This document shows positions 8,055 to 18,692 of a DNA stretch of 64,000 nt, piece after piece (position 1 is the first letter of the stretch; each line of letters begins with the position of its first letter). The notes under the pieces were generated by a model. The model saw only the letters and a program-made list of their open reading frames with translations. It was not told the DNA's origin and made no database searches. Source of the DNA: an uncultured Armatimonadia bacterium. Lineage in GTDB: Bacteria > Armatimonadota > Zipacnadia > CAVVLO01. A program made the translations under genes and the position numbers. The DNA is taken from contig CAVVLO010000002.1 of assembly GCA_963749155.1 (NCBI GenBank), positions 416,001 to 480,000 on the forward strand, in the 5' to 3' direction.

Positions 8055-11000
8055 CTAACGACTCGGTAATTCACTTGTCGAGTGTAGCAGGTTTGAGAGT
8101 TGCTCAAGTCCTGCCTCGCGGCCGGCTGCATCAGAAAGCAGCCACAGATCCCAGGCCTGACTTTCGTCCGCTTCCAGGATTATCGGTGTCTGCTCTGGCA
8201 GTTGCTGGAAAGCGCGCCACTTGCCTGCTTCAAGCGTTCCCCGTTCTGCCGCAAGTTTTTGGCCGGCAAAGCTCAGTGAGCCTTCGCCCAGCACGCTGGC
8301 CAGTACTGCGCCCGAGGTCGCCAGGTCCTTCCCATCCAGCGCGACCAGCATTGAAAGCTCACTGGCCCGAGCCAGCTCTTTGCCGTCTACCTTAAAGCTG
8401 CCCTGCCCCTCAAGTGCCAGCACCTTGCCGTCCTCGCTGCACCAAACGAGGCCTGGCGAGAAGGCTGGTACTTCAAGCTCAATCTGCCTGCCGCAAAGCT
8501 CCAGCTTCGCCAGGTTCGGCTGGCTGCGCGACTTGTTGAACAATACCACGAAGCGCCCTGTCGTTGTCCAGCCCCGCATCGCATGGAGCTGCCTGCTGGC
8601 ATCATCAATCGCCGTGACAGAATCGCCAACCGGTGCAGTATCCAGCACATATTGATACAGCTTGCGAGTCGCATCGGCATCGTAGACTTCCACCGGCGCG
8701 GTCGAGTAGATGACCCGTCCAGCGCCCAGCCGATTTTCAACAAGGCCAGGCCCTGCTTCTGTCATCACCAAGGGGGTAGCCCCGGCCAACTGACCTCGCA
8801 CCGCGAGCACCAGACTGGACAGCCCTAACGGATTCTCGGTCGCCCTCGCCCTGTAGCCCTCGTCCACTTCACCTGGCGCGGAGCCCTGCTCGAGGAACTC
8901 CACTCCGCACAGCCTTGCCAGCCTGTCGGTCCGGGTCCGCTTGCGCAACTCATCGAAGGTCACATCTCCAGTGAGCAGCAAGGTGCCTCCACCTTCTACG
9001 AAGGCCACCAACTGGTCGAACACCTCATCGCTAAGCGTATAAGGCACCGGATAGATTAGCGTCTTCACTTCCGATGGCAACTGGTCCAGCCGGAACTCAT
9101 CGGCCACGAGGAAGTTGGCGTGCAGGTCCAGCAGCGCGTGGTTGGCGGTGTTCAGGGCTCCATTTACCCAGTTGCGCGAGTTGTCCCGCCGATGCTGGTT
9201 GGGAATCACCAGCGCCAGCGCCTCGGGTTTGTAGACAGGCTCCAGGTTGCCGAACAGAAGCGAGCAGGCCCGTCCAGCCAGTGCAGTCGCCTTGGGCACA
9301 TAGTCAAAGTTGTGGACCTGCCCCCAGGGGAAGACGCAGTCGTTCATATCCTTGAAACTCCAGTTGCAGGCCATCGAGGCGCCCATCCCCAAGGCATAGT
9401 GGTTCACAAGCTGGAACCACCGGGCCCCGCCAAGTGGCGTGTTGCCGTAGATGGAGTCATAGCCCGGTGTGCCGCCCCAGGCCTCGTGGATTTTCGCGCC
9501 GAACTCCCCGATGCTGAAACCTTTCCCGACAAAACGCGCATCCAGCAATTTCAGCAGGTCTACAAAGGTGTTGTAATCCGAATAGAGATGCACATTGGTG
9601 AAGTCGAGATACTCCGTTGGCGCGCGCCGGTCGGCGCTGGTCTCGTTGGGCAGGAATCCGACCGTGTAAGGATGCTCATCGCCCGATTCCCGCAGCCCGG
9701 CCAGGTTCTCCCTGACCCACTCGGTCAGCTTGAAGGCGCGATATTCGTCCATATCCAGCGACCGCACGGAAGGCCAACCCCCACTGCGTCGCTCGATTGG
9801 GGCCTTGCCCAGTTCGATACCCTCCGCTTCAGCGCCCCAGGCCGCTTCGAAAGCCGCCTGGTTGCCATATTTGGCCCGGAGGAACTCGTTCCACTGGGGC
9901 ACGAGTTGAGGGTGATTCAATATGTCGAGGTGAGGCTCGTTCTGCACGTCCCAGATAATCCCCGGAACGTCCTTGAGCAAGTCGCCCAATACTTTGGCAT
10001 ACTGGCGCTGCGCTGCCAGCTCCTCTGGCAGCAAGGTCTGCTCCATCCAGTCGTGCATACTGATGAAGAAGGCCACCTCATGCTGCTGTTGAAGCTGGGC
10101 AAAACCTTTATAAGCCCGCTCCAGCCACTCGGGCAGCTTCTCGATATTCAGGTCGGTCGGTTGGGCGGCAGGCTGACCCAGGCGCGACACGACATAGGGC
10201 GAGAGATGCAGCACTCGCTGCACGTTCATCCCCAGATCCTGCATCAACTGGAAGTCCTTTTCCCATTCAAGGGGGGTCTCGAAAGCTGAACAGAAGACCA
10301 TCCCCGTCTGGTTATTGCCCCAGAGATAGCGCGCTCTGTCGCCATCGCGGAAATAGTTGTCCTTGAAGGTAACCTCGAAGCCTTCCTGCATCTGCGCATC
10401 CGACAGCGCCACATACCCCAGCTCGTAGCGGTCGCGCACCGCGCCGGCCTCTTCCAGAGTCACGACCAGCTTTACCAGTCCAGCCTGCCCTTCAGGCGCG
10501 AGAAAAGCGACTTCACTTCTGGTGTGACCCTCTGCAGGCTTTACAACAGCAGGCTCGGTAGCAAGCAACCGCTTGTCTTGAGCCCAGGCTTCGACCCTTA
10601 CTGTAGCGGTCTGGTCGCCTCCCGAATAATTCGCCAGGTCACAGATTACCTTGACCTCTTCGCCAGGATTGTAAGCATAATAGCCAGTCTCCACTCGAGC
10701 CAGATAGAGTGGGGAGGCGATCTGTTTCATCGCCGCAACCAGGGCTTGCTGGACCGCGGGCTGTGCGGTGATGTCCTCTGAGGAACAGCCGGAGATCAAC
10801 CAGTTTGAGCCAGCGTAGGGCCCCGCATGGTTTTGTATCAGCGAAAGCAGGCTGCCCCGCGTCCTGCCGTCGGCATCCTGGGCCATCAGCAGCGGGCGAT
10901 AACGTCCATAAGGAACAGGGAACACCGCGCTGTTGCTGCCGAGCAGTCCGGCCGCCGCCCAGCCTTCGAAATTGCCTTCAAAAGTCTCCAGCCCAGCAGC

Positions 11001-12911
11001 AAGTGGATCGTCCGCAGGTACAGCCTTTGTGCCGAAATTCAGGGGATAGCTGCCATCGAAGGCGCCAATCTGAGTTGCTTCGAGCGCCAGGGCATCCTGG
11101 GCGTTGCCGTAGTGGGTGTTGATACGCACATCAAAAACCTCGCCTGGTAAACCGAGCAAAGAAGGATCGCTCTCCCCGGACACCAGCGCAATCGAAGCCA
11201 CGCCTGCTGGCCCCTCGGCGTTCAGTTCCAGAGGCAGCTCGTTCTTGCCGGCCCCAATTTCAGCCGGCAGTTCGACCTCGCCTCGCAAGACTCCCGGTCC
11301 TCCCTGCCATCGCGCGAGTTCTCTGCCGCCTGTCGAGAGAGTCAGAGTGGTCGTCGCTCCTGCTGGATTGACGCCAAAGCGCGCGGTCACTCGCACTTTC
11401 AGGCTGGTTTCGCTTCCCAACGGCAGGTTGGCGGTCGCTGGGCCTTCCAGCGCCCGCCCATCGCCGCCTCGTTTGCCCCAGGCGCCACCCAGCCGCTCAT
11501 CAGCTTCCGCGGAGGTCAAATCAAGCAGGAAACTGCCTGCTAGTCTCGCGAGAGAGTCCTTGCCCACCCAGGTATCCAGTGCTCGCACTACAGGATTGTC
11601 GAAGGCGTAGCCTCCTACCGAGACAAAGCTGCCCCCCTGTGAAAGATAGCTGATGAGAGCTTCACGGCCCTCTGCCGGGAAGGCTGGCCCATATGGCAGC
11701 ACAAGCAGTTTTACTTTTGCGGCGTTCAATAAATAGGGGTTGGTCAGATCGCCAGCTTTTACGAAGATTGGCTCGAAACCCGCCTGCCGTGCCAGGTCGG
11801 CCAGCAGGTCAGGATCGGCTGGCGCCGCCTTGTCGGTGGGCATATCGTCTCTTAACACCAAAGCAACTGGTTGACTGGTGAGGGGCAAAGTATCAGCCAG
11901 GGACTCGGGCCAGACGCGGAAGCTGAGCTTGGTTACTTTCATCCCAAGTTCACGGTCATCAGTGCCCAGCCCAAGCAGCTTGGGAGAGCGCGCTCCGACC
12001 TCTAGCACCAGTGGCTGTCCCTTATGCCGATTTCGAAGCGCTCCTTCCAGTGCAATCAAAAACACGCCAGGCGCCGTCACTTGCTCGCGATAGACTTCCT
12101 CCCCGCCGAGTGTCGCCACCAGTTCGTTGCCCTGAGCCAGGTCGCCCACCCCGATGGAGTTTGTCTGGAGGATTATCAAAACAAGTCCATCGGCAGGCAG
12201 CTCTGCCAGTTTTATCTCGGCTCTGCCACTCAGCCAGGTAGAATCAGCCTCTGGGCTGTACCAGCCTTCTCCCAGGTAGCGTCCAAGCTGGTCATTGCCC
12301 AGAGTCAGTGGAACCTCTACTGACTCGAAGGCCTTCTGCACTTCGAGCTTCGCGCCAAAATCAGGCACAATCCAGCCGATATCTTTTACCAGCGCGGTGA
12401 AGTCGCCAAAATTGCATCCAATCATTACCTTGTTGGCCGTTGTCTGCTGTTTCTGGCCGTTGCCGCGTGGCTCGTAGTTGAAGGTGGCAAGCGGCACGGT
12501 CAGGCTTTGCCACAGGCCAGTCGACCACTCGGCCAGAGAGCTGTTTGCCAGCCTCACCTCGGTAAGCCAGCCATCTCCATCCTCCTCACTTAGCCACAGG
12601 TGCAACTTGGCCAGCGGGGTAGCCGTTTCTACCAGTACTTTGAAGGTGATAGCAGTGGCGCCTGCAGGCAGGGTCGTCTCGTGAGCGATGTTGCCCCAAC
12701 CGCTAGGCGGATTGGTATACACCATACGCATAACTTGTCCAGTGTCAAAAGGGTCAGGCACGAGAGAAAGCGCCGGCGCAGCCCCTCCGTCCTGGCTATC
12801 ATGCCAGGCAAGTCCCGTTTCGAAATCGCTTAGCGCCACATAGCTGTCAGCCTTTGTGATTGCCACGACAAAAACTAGCAGCGCCAGACAAATAAGTATG
12901 CGAGAGTCCAC
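8055..12911 (-). CDS. Large secreted multimodular glycoside hydrolase (clan GH-A, GH42-like)
   Basis: Signal peptide; CBM-like N-terminus (LSDFE...W); WDVQNEP acid/base and IGEFG nucleophile motifs; FLRAKYG...AAWG segment; GH42-trimerisation-like C-terminal domain. Confidence 0.72.
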   Translation of the reverse strand: MDSRILICLALLVFVVAITKADSYVALSDFETGLAWHDSQDGGAAPALSLVPDPFDTGQVMRMVYTNPPSGWGNIAHETTLPAGATAITFKVLVETATPLAKLHLWLSEEDGDGWLTEVRLANSSLAEWSTGLWQSLTVPLATFNYEPRGNGQKQQTTANKVMIGCNFGDFTALVKDIGWIVPDFGAKLEVQKAFESVEVPLTLGNDQLGRYLGEGWYSPEADSTWLSGRAEIKLAELPADGLVLIILQTNSIGVGDLAQGNELVATLGGEEVYREQVTAPGVFLIALEGALRNRHKGQPLVLEVGARSPKLLGLGTDDRELGMKVTKLSFRVWPESLADTLPLTSQPVALVLRDDMPTDKAAPADPDLLADLARQAGFEPIFVKAGDLTNPYLLNAAKVKLLVLPYGPAFPAEGREALISYLSQGGSFVSVGGYAFDNPVVRALDTWVGKDSLARLAGSFLLDLTSAEADERLGGAWGKRGGDGRALEGPATANLPLGSETSLKVRVTARFGVNPAGATTTLTLSTGGRELARWQGGPGVLRGEVELPAEIGAGKNELPLELNAEGPAGVASIALVSGESDPSLLGLPGEVFDVRINTHYGNAQDALALEATQIGAFDGSYPLNFGTKAVPADDPLAAGLETFEGNFEGWAAAGLLGSNSAVFPVPYGRYRPLLMAQDADGRTRGSLLSLIQNHAGPYAGSNWLISGCSSEDITAQPAVQQALVAAMKQIASPLYLARVETGYYAYNPGEEVKVICDLANYSGGDQTATVRVEAWAQDKRLLATEPAVVKPAEGHTRSEVAFLAPEGQAGLVKLVVTLEEAGAVRDRYELGYVALSDAQMQEGFEVTFKDNYFRDGDRARYLWGNNQTGMVFCSAFETPLEWEKDFQLMQDLGMNVQRVLHLSPYVVSRLGQPAAQPTDLNIEKLPEWLERAYKGFAQLQQQHEVAFFISMHDWMEQTLLPEELAAQRQYAKVLGDLLKDVPGIIWDVQNEPHLDILNHPQLVPQWNEFLRAKYGNQAAFEAAWGAEAEGIELGKAPIERRSGGWPSVRSLDMDEYRAFKLTEWVRENLAGLRESGDEHPYTVGFLPNETSADRRAPTEYLDFTNVHLYSDYNTFVDLLKLLDARFVGKGFSIGEFGAKIHEAWGGTPGYDSIYGNTPLGGARWFQLVNHYALGMGASMACNWSFKDMNDCVFPWGQVHNFDYVPKATALAGRACSLLFGNLEPVYKPEALALVIPNQHRRDNSRNWVNGALNTANHALLDLHANFLVADEFRLDQLPSEVKTLIYPVPYTLSDEVFDQLVAFVEGGGTLLLTGDVTFDELRKRTRTDRLARLCGVEFLEQGSAPGEVDEGYRARATENPLGLSSLVLAVRGQLAGATPLVMTEAGPGLVENRLGAGRVIYSTAPVEVYDADATRKLYQYVLDTAPVGDSVTAIDDASRQLHAMRGWTTTGRFVVLFNKSRSQPNLAKLELCGRQIELEVPAFSPGLVWCSEDGKVLALEGQGSFKVDGKELARASELSMLVALDGKDLATSGAVLASVLGEGSLSFAGQKLAAERGTLEAGKWRAFQQLPEQTPIILEADESQAWDLWLLSDAAGREAGLEQLSNLLHSTSELPSR

Positions 12912-12924
12912 ACCAGGCCTCCTG

Positions 12925-13914
12925 TTAGAACAGCAACACTACTTTCAGACATTCGTCGGGATGCTCGCAGAAAAGCTCGAACCCCTGGGCGATCTCCTCG
13001 AAAGGCAGCTTGTGGGTCACCAGTCGGGCAGGATCGCAAGCAGAGGTCTTGATAAGCTGCAAATTGAGTTCCACATCCGAGCGCGCCAGGTACCAGGTGC
13101 CCATTACGCGCAGGCACTTGCGAATCAGGTCGTCAGAAGTGTGGATTTCCTTGGTAAAGTTTTCGCCCACAAAGACTACCTGGCCCCCTGAACAGACCGC
13201 GTTAAGCGCCTCGCGATTGGCCTTGCCGCAGCACTCAAACACCCACTCGGGACCAATCCCGCCAAACAGCGACTTGAGCTTGCCAACCGCCTCCTCGCCA
13301 GTACCGTTCACCAGATAGGCAGCGCCAAGCTCCGCGGCCTTGGCCAGGCGAAAGTCAACTGTATCCACCGAGGTCACAGTGACCCCTGTCGCCACCAGCG
13401 TCTGCACGCAGTTCAGCCCTATCGGCCCTGCGCCAAAAACAACCGCCGCCTCATCAGCCTTGATGCCACTAAGTCGCACCGCGCGCGCCGGAGTGCCCAG
13501 ATTATCGGTCACCAGGCAGCCCTGGACGTCTGTAAGCCAGTCAGGCAGCGCGTAGAGGTTGGTCGCGGGCGCAACAAAGTACTCCGCAAAACCTCCCGAG
13601 AGGCCTTTCTTGGTTTCACAATAAGCCCACTCGCCGCGCTTGCAACGCAGGCATTCACCACAGCCGGTCACGACCAGCGCAGTCACCCGGTCGCCCACCT
13701 TCCAGGTATTTACCCCCTCGCCCAGCGCCTCGACGGTGCCGCACATCTCATGCCCGTGAAGGGCTTCTCCTCCGCCGTTGAACCATAAGCCCTTGTCCGA
13801 GCCGCAGATAGCGCTGCAGGCATTCTTTACCAGCACCCAGCCTGGTGGGGCCTCGGGCAGGGGACGTTCTACGATTTCTACCGTCTTCGGGGCAGGAAAC
13901 AGCGCGACTCTCAT
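12925..13914 (-). CDS. Zn-dependent alcohol/sugar dehydrogenase (MDR family)
   Basis: ICGSD, GHE, CGECLRC...C and GAGPIG motifs. Confidence 0.93.
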   Translation of the reverse strand: MRVALFPAPKTVEIVERPLPEAPPGWVLVKNACSAICGSDKGLWFNGGGEALHGHEMCGTVEALGEGVNTWKVGDRVTALVVTGCGECLRCKRGEWAYCETKKGLSGGFAEYFVAPATNLYALPDWLTDVQGCLVTDNLGTPARAVRLSGIKADEAAVVFGAGPIGLNCVQTLVATGVTVTSVDTVDFRLAKAAELGAAYLVNGTGEEAVGKLKSLFGGIGPEWVFECCGKANREALNAVCSGGQVVFVGENFTKEIHTSDDLIRKCLRVMGTWYLARSDVELNLQLIKTSACDPARLVTHKLPFEEIAQGFELFCEHPDECLKVVLLF

Positions 13915-13933
13915 TTGGGCATTTTCTCCCTGG

Positions 13934-16900
13934 CTAGTATTCCAGTCTTAACTCAATGGGGCCGAGTAAACCACTACGTCGCGTAATCGCCATCAGCGCA
14001 TTAGCCGCCGTGTTGGCGACCTCTACCACCAGCGAATTGGCGCCTTTCGAAACCCACTCGGAAAGGTCCAGCCGGTATGGGCGGAAGGCTCTGCCTCCTA
14101 CCAGCACTCCGTTCACGAATACCCTCGCCGTGTCGCCAACCTCGCCCAGGTCGAGTACAGCCAAATCCGGTAACTCGTCGAGGTCGAACTGGGTCTTGTA
14201 GCGCACCAGGCCAGAAAAATGGGCAAGCCCCTGCAGAGCCAGGTCCACCTCTGCGCTGATTTGCCTGGGCCTTGCAAGATGAGGCATCGGTTCCAGCGCG
14301 CCGAGTGTGAACTCGCCTGCCAGTCGCAGATGCTCAGGCACCAGGTCATTGGCGATGCGCCTGAGGTTGCTGGCCTTGCGGGGTCGCGATTTGCTGTAAT
14401 CGGCCACCAGAGTGAAGAGATTGACCCCTTGTCTTGCCATCTGACCAATTTGGGCTGACAGGAAATATCTGTCCAGCTTTCCAGTCTGGTCAAGAGCCAG
14501 CACTCGCCCATTGAGGGCAAGCGCCATCGGGCACTCCAGGGGTTCGGCCACAACCTGCAAGTCAGTACTAGCCGACTCCAGCACGAAAGTGGTCTTGAAC
14601 CAGCCTCTCACCGGCAGGTCGTCGACAATTGGCTCGGGCGGAGGCACAGGCCCAATATACTTGTCCTTCGGGAAGCTGCTCCCAGTCCTCGCCAAGCGCC
14701 GCAAGCAGGTCGTCAGCCGACTCGGCGGCGCGCTCGGGGTGATACCGCCAGTTGGGCAGGCGCACCCAGTTGGGAGTTATGCGCTCTACCTGCCAGTCGG
14801 TCAGTCGGCGGTTCTCCACCTTCCGCTCGGATCTGTCGGGCGCCGTGTAAAGAGGCACAGTTTGCTCGAAGGAAAGCACCACAGACTCGCCTGCCGCCAG
14901 TTCCAGTTGGACCTCGGCGACTGCGGCATCAAGGCGCTTCCATTGAAGATCGCCCCGAACTGTTCCGGCCGCCAGGTCTCCAAGTACTGGCACGCCTGCC
15001 GCCCTAAAATGGAATCTGAACTTGCCGCCGCCCTCTCCAAGATTTGTGATGAACCACCACTCAGCGCCTTCTCCACATCGCGCAAGATGCGCAAGAGAAG
15101 CCCCTTCGGGCTGTTCCACCACCGTCATCAAAGGTTGAAGCAAATCGGCGAAACTCTGGGCCAGCCACTCTGTGGCGGTTGCGTCAGGTAAAAGAGCAGG
15201 TGGAACCAGCAGGCTGACCTGACTTGTACCGGCGCTTCCAGCCCTGCCGGAGTCAGTCCGCAGGCTCTGCCACAGCGCGAAGGGTTCCGCGCCAAACAGC
15301 CTGCCCACTCCTTCTGAGAATCCAGTATCCTGCCCCTGTTCTGACTCCCAGGGAAGCGGGGCCACTGCGATAAGCTGCGCGCCTGCAGAAGCCAACTCCT
15401 GCAGTTTTTTCAAAGCGGAGCTCGAGAGCGTTGTCATTGGGGGTATGACCAGTGCCTGATAATCCTCCTCGCCCAGCACCAGCCTGCCACGTGCCGTCTC
15501 GACTTCTGCCAGGGCGACTTCATCTACAAAGTCATAATCGAGATGGACTTTCTCCAAGGCCGTGCAGGTCGCTTTAAGGCCACCTTCCACAACTTCGAAC
15601 AGGGGGTCTCTTCGGTCCGGAGTGAAATGAGCCCAGCCGCTTCGCGTTGGATACAGCACCAGTACCTCGGCGCGATGTACTCCGCATGATGCAAGATAAC
15701 AAGCGCGCCTGGCGTAATCGGCAAAATGGATATAGTGGTGGAAATATGGCTGCTGCGTAAATTCGCTAGGAGGCGCTTCGCGCTTTCGCCCGCCGAAAAC
15801 TGTCTGGTAGTGAGCATGGGGGCTGATAAGGTTTATCCCGCGAGTTATCTGCCAGTCCAGATTGCGCTTGCGCTCGTTGAAGGCGTTATCCCACCAGCTC
15901 GCGCCCCAACTTTCAGAAAGCACTCGGCTCTTGCCCTGTTGGTGCGCCACCGACGAGGCTATTTTGTGATAGAACTCATCGCAGTTGAAGCGCAGATTAT
16001 CAACGCCAGGCACATGCAACTCGCGTAATACCGCGAACAGATCGCCCTGCCTGAGAGTTTGCTGGTGAAGTATCTCCTCCGCCAGCGCATGGCCTGTCAG
16101 ATGCAGGCCATGGCGCTCGCACCATTGCCTTTGAGGCCGCCAGAAGTTCTCCACATAAAGGCTGGAGAGCACCTCAAAATAGTCTTGCCTGATTTGTGCC
16201 GTGCGTGGCCCAAAATTGTCATACAGCGCCGGCAGGCAAGGCAGCAAGTCATAACCTTTGCGCTTTTTGAACTCCCTCGCAAGCGCGGGGCTCCAGGGCA
16301 TCGCCATCGGATCGCTGATGTCCCAACAACTCAGCATGGACGCTTCATCCGAAAAGATGAGCGGGGCTGCCTTCCGCAGCAACTTGTCACCGAACGCTTT
16401 GCGCAGTTTGCGATGGGTTAAAGTGATGAAGCGATCGGTCGCCTTCTCGCTCGTAACATCAACATAACCCCCAGCTTTCGCCTCGAGGATGAATACCTCG
16501 ACGTCCTGCTCTGCCCGCAGGGTGTATTCGGGAGTCTCGAGTGGCACCTCGACAAGTTGCTCGAGGTCGCGTGTCCCGTCCTCGCCCAGCACTGAAAGCA
16601 GCAAAGCCACCGGGTCAGATGCGAAGACAAGTTCGGCGACTTCACCTTTGTGGAGGAAGAGTCGGGTGCAAGCCAGATATTGCGAGCAGAAGCCTGGCCT
16701 GTCCTTCGTCACCTGCCCATCACAGGTGCCGCTAGGCCAGTTGTTCTCATCGTAGAGACAAGCATCGAAGCCCACCTCGGCTGCCGCGCGAGTGGCTTCT
16801 TCGAGGGCTTTGAGGTAAGGTTTGCCCAGATATTCGCCCAGCATCCCATGGCGGGGATGCATAAAGGCGCCGCCCATCCCCTGCGCGCGCATCGAGCGCA

Positions 16901-17003
16901 CGTCGGCTGCCCAGGCGTTACCATCAATCGGGCCGTTCATAAAGTAGAAAGGATAAGGCGCAAATCCCAGGGGAGCCTCTTCAAGCGCCTGCTTCAGGAA
17001 CAT
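13934..17003 (-). CDS. GH106 alpha-L-rhamnosidase-like glycosyl hydrolase (frameshift near 14671)
   Basis: LYDENNWPSG, FSDE, LTGH...EE, SESWG and C-terminal LDLGEVGDTARVFVNG...SGLLGPI. ORFs 14568..17003 and 13934..14704 join on removing one C. Confidence 0.8.
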
Positions 17004-17025
17004 TTGCGGCCACCTTCCTGGTGTC

Positions 17026-18387
17026 TTAATTTGTAAGGCTACGCAAGGGCGCCGGCATCCGGCCGCCTCTCAGGATAAATCGCCTGCTGCTTAACTTCGA
17101 GACAGTCATTATCGTTCCTTCGCCAAGCAGGCCACCAAGCTTCACAGTGTCGCCTGCCTGTTTACCTGGCACGGGGATGAGCCTGGCCCCGGTCGTCTTG
17201 TTGTTCGCAACCCCTATGGCCAGTTCATCCGCAATAAGCGCAGCCAGCGTCTCGGCTGGGGTGTCCCCTGGCAGGGGCACCATATCCAGTCCCACCGAAC
17301 AGATTGCCGTCATCGCTTCCAGCTTCTCGATAGAGAGATGCCCTTCTGCCGCCGCGCGGGCCATTGCGGTATCTTCCATCACGGGTATGAAAGCGCCCGA
17401 TAGCCCTCCCACGCTGCTGCTTGCGAAAGTGCCGCCCTTCTTGACCGCGTCGGTCAGCAGGAACAGCGCCGCTGTTGAACCAGGTATACCCGGCGCCTCA
17501 AGTCCCATCGCCATCAGTATCTCGCCGACGGAATCGCCCGGCACAGGGGTTGGGGCCAGAGAGAGATCCACGATGCCAGGCTTTACGCCAAGGCGCAGCG
17601 CCACTTCGCGGCCTATTAGCTCTCCCACCCGCGTTATTTTGAAAGCCGCCTTTTTGACCGCTTCAGCAAGCTCGGTCAGGCTGGCGTCGGGCAACTGCTC
17701 CACCATCGCGCGGATGACCCCAGGCCCGCTGACTCCAACGTTGATGACAGCCTCCGGCTCGCCCGGCCCGTGGAAGGCGCCGGCCATAAAAGGATTATCC
17801 TCGGGCGCATTGGCGAAAACGACGAACTTGGCGCAGCCCAGCGCGTTCTCGGCCGCTGTAAGTTCGGCAGTGCGCTTGATAACCTCGCCACACAAGGCCA
17901 CCGCGTCCAGGTTGATACCACTTTTTGAACTGGCGGCATTGACGCTCGCGCATAAACGCTGGGTGCTGGCCAGCACCTCGGGCAGACTGGCAATGAAGAC
18001 AGCCTCGGCCTCCGAGTGGCCTTTATGCACCAGAGCCGACCAGCCTCCCAGAAAATCTATACCTAATTCAGCGGCTGTCTCATCCAGCGCCCTGGCGATG
18101 GCCAGTTGCTCGGGCGCCGGGAGATTCGCAACCAGCTCCGCCATCGGAGTCAGGGCTATCCGGCTGTTGGCTACAGGTACGCCATACTCCCGGCTAACCT
18201 GGCGCACCGTTTCGACCAGTTTGCCCCCGAACCGGCGCAGTTTTGCCTGAAGCCGAGGGATTATCTCCTCCGCGCTTTGCCCCGCGCAGTCCTGTACCGA
18301 CAGACCCAGGGTCGCAGCGCGGACATCGAGATGCTCGGTGCGCACCATCCGCAGCGTTTCGGCCAGCTCTTCGACCTCAAACTTCAT
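17026..18387 (-). CDS. DUF711 / UPF0210 (PFL-like) family protein
   Basis: EDNPFMAGAFHG, DLSLAPTP, GGLSGAFIPV and CSVGLDM motifs. Confidence 0.93.
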   Translation of the reverse strand: MKFEVEELAETLRMVRTEHLDVRAATLGLSVQDCAGQSAEEIIPRLQAKLRRFGGKLVETVRQVSREYGVPVANSRIALTPMAELVANLPAPEQLAIARALDETAAELGIDFLGGWSALVHKGHSEAEAVFIASLPEVLASTQRLCASVNAASSKSGINLDAVALCGEVIKRTAELTAAENALGCAKFVVFANAPEDNPFMAGAFHGPGEPEAVINVGVSGPGVIRAMVEQLPDASLTELAEAVKKAAFKITRVGELIGREVALRLGVKPGIVDLSLAPTPVPGDSVGEILMAMGLEAPGIPGSTAALFLLTDAVKKGGTFASSSVGGLSGAFIPVMEDTAMARAAAEGHLSIEKLEAMTAICSVGLDMVPLPGDTPAETLAALIADELAIGVANNKTTGARLIPVPGKQAGDTVKLGGLLGEGTIMTVSKLSSRRFILRGGRMPAPLRSLTN

Positions 18388-18399
18388 TCCGGCCGCCCC

Positions 18400-18690
18400 C
18401 TAGATGCGGTGCATATACTGGAAGATGCGCTCGTGCTGGGCCTGGATAGCCACCCCGAGTTCTTCTCCAACCCGGTTCAACTCTTCCTGCAGTTCTTCCA
18501 GGCTGCATTTGGCGCCAGCCATATCCACGACCATCGCCATCACAAAAAATTCGCCTTGCAGGATGGACTGGGTGATATCAAGGATATTGACTTGTCTTTC
18601 AGCAAGGGCCTTCGACACGTTATAGACTATCCCGACGCGGTCGTGACCAGTCACCGTCAGGACTACGCGGTCTTTCTCGGCAGTGCTCAT
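18400..18690 (-). CDS. ACT-domain protein (UPF0237)
   Basis: VTGHDRVGIV...NILDITQ...QHERIFQYMHRI; the usual partner of DUF711. Confidence 0.92.
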   Translation of the reverse strand: MSTAEKDRVVLTVTGHDRVGIVYNVSKALAERQVNILDITQSILQGEFFVMAMVVDMAGAKCSLEELQEELNRVGEELGVAIQAQHERIFQYMHRI

Positions 18691-18692
18691 AA

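Noticed and set aside
9120..10289. Long antisense ORFs (also 17147-18250, 30208-31305, 42298-43413, 58826-59857, 59939-61390)
   Set aside because: Shadow frames of well-supported genes in GC-rich DNA, with no recognisable motifs.
17026..18387. Glycyl-radical pyruvate formate-lyase
   Set aside because: DUF711 is only PFL-like in fold; no RVxG glycyl-radical motif and no activase gene.
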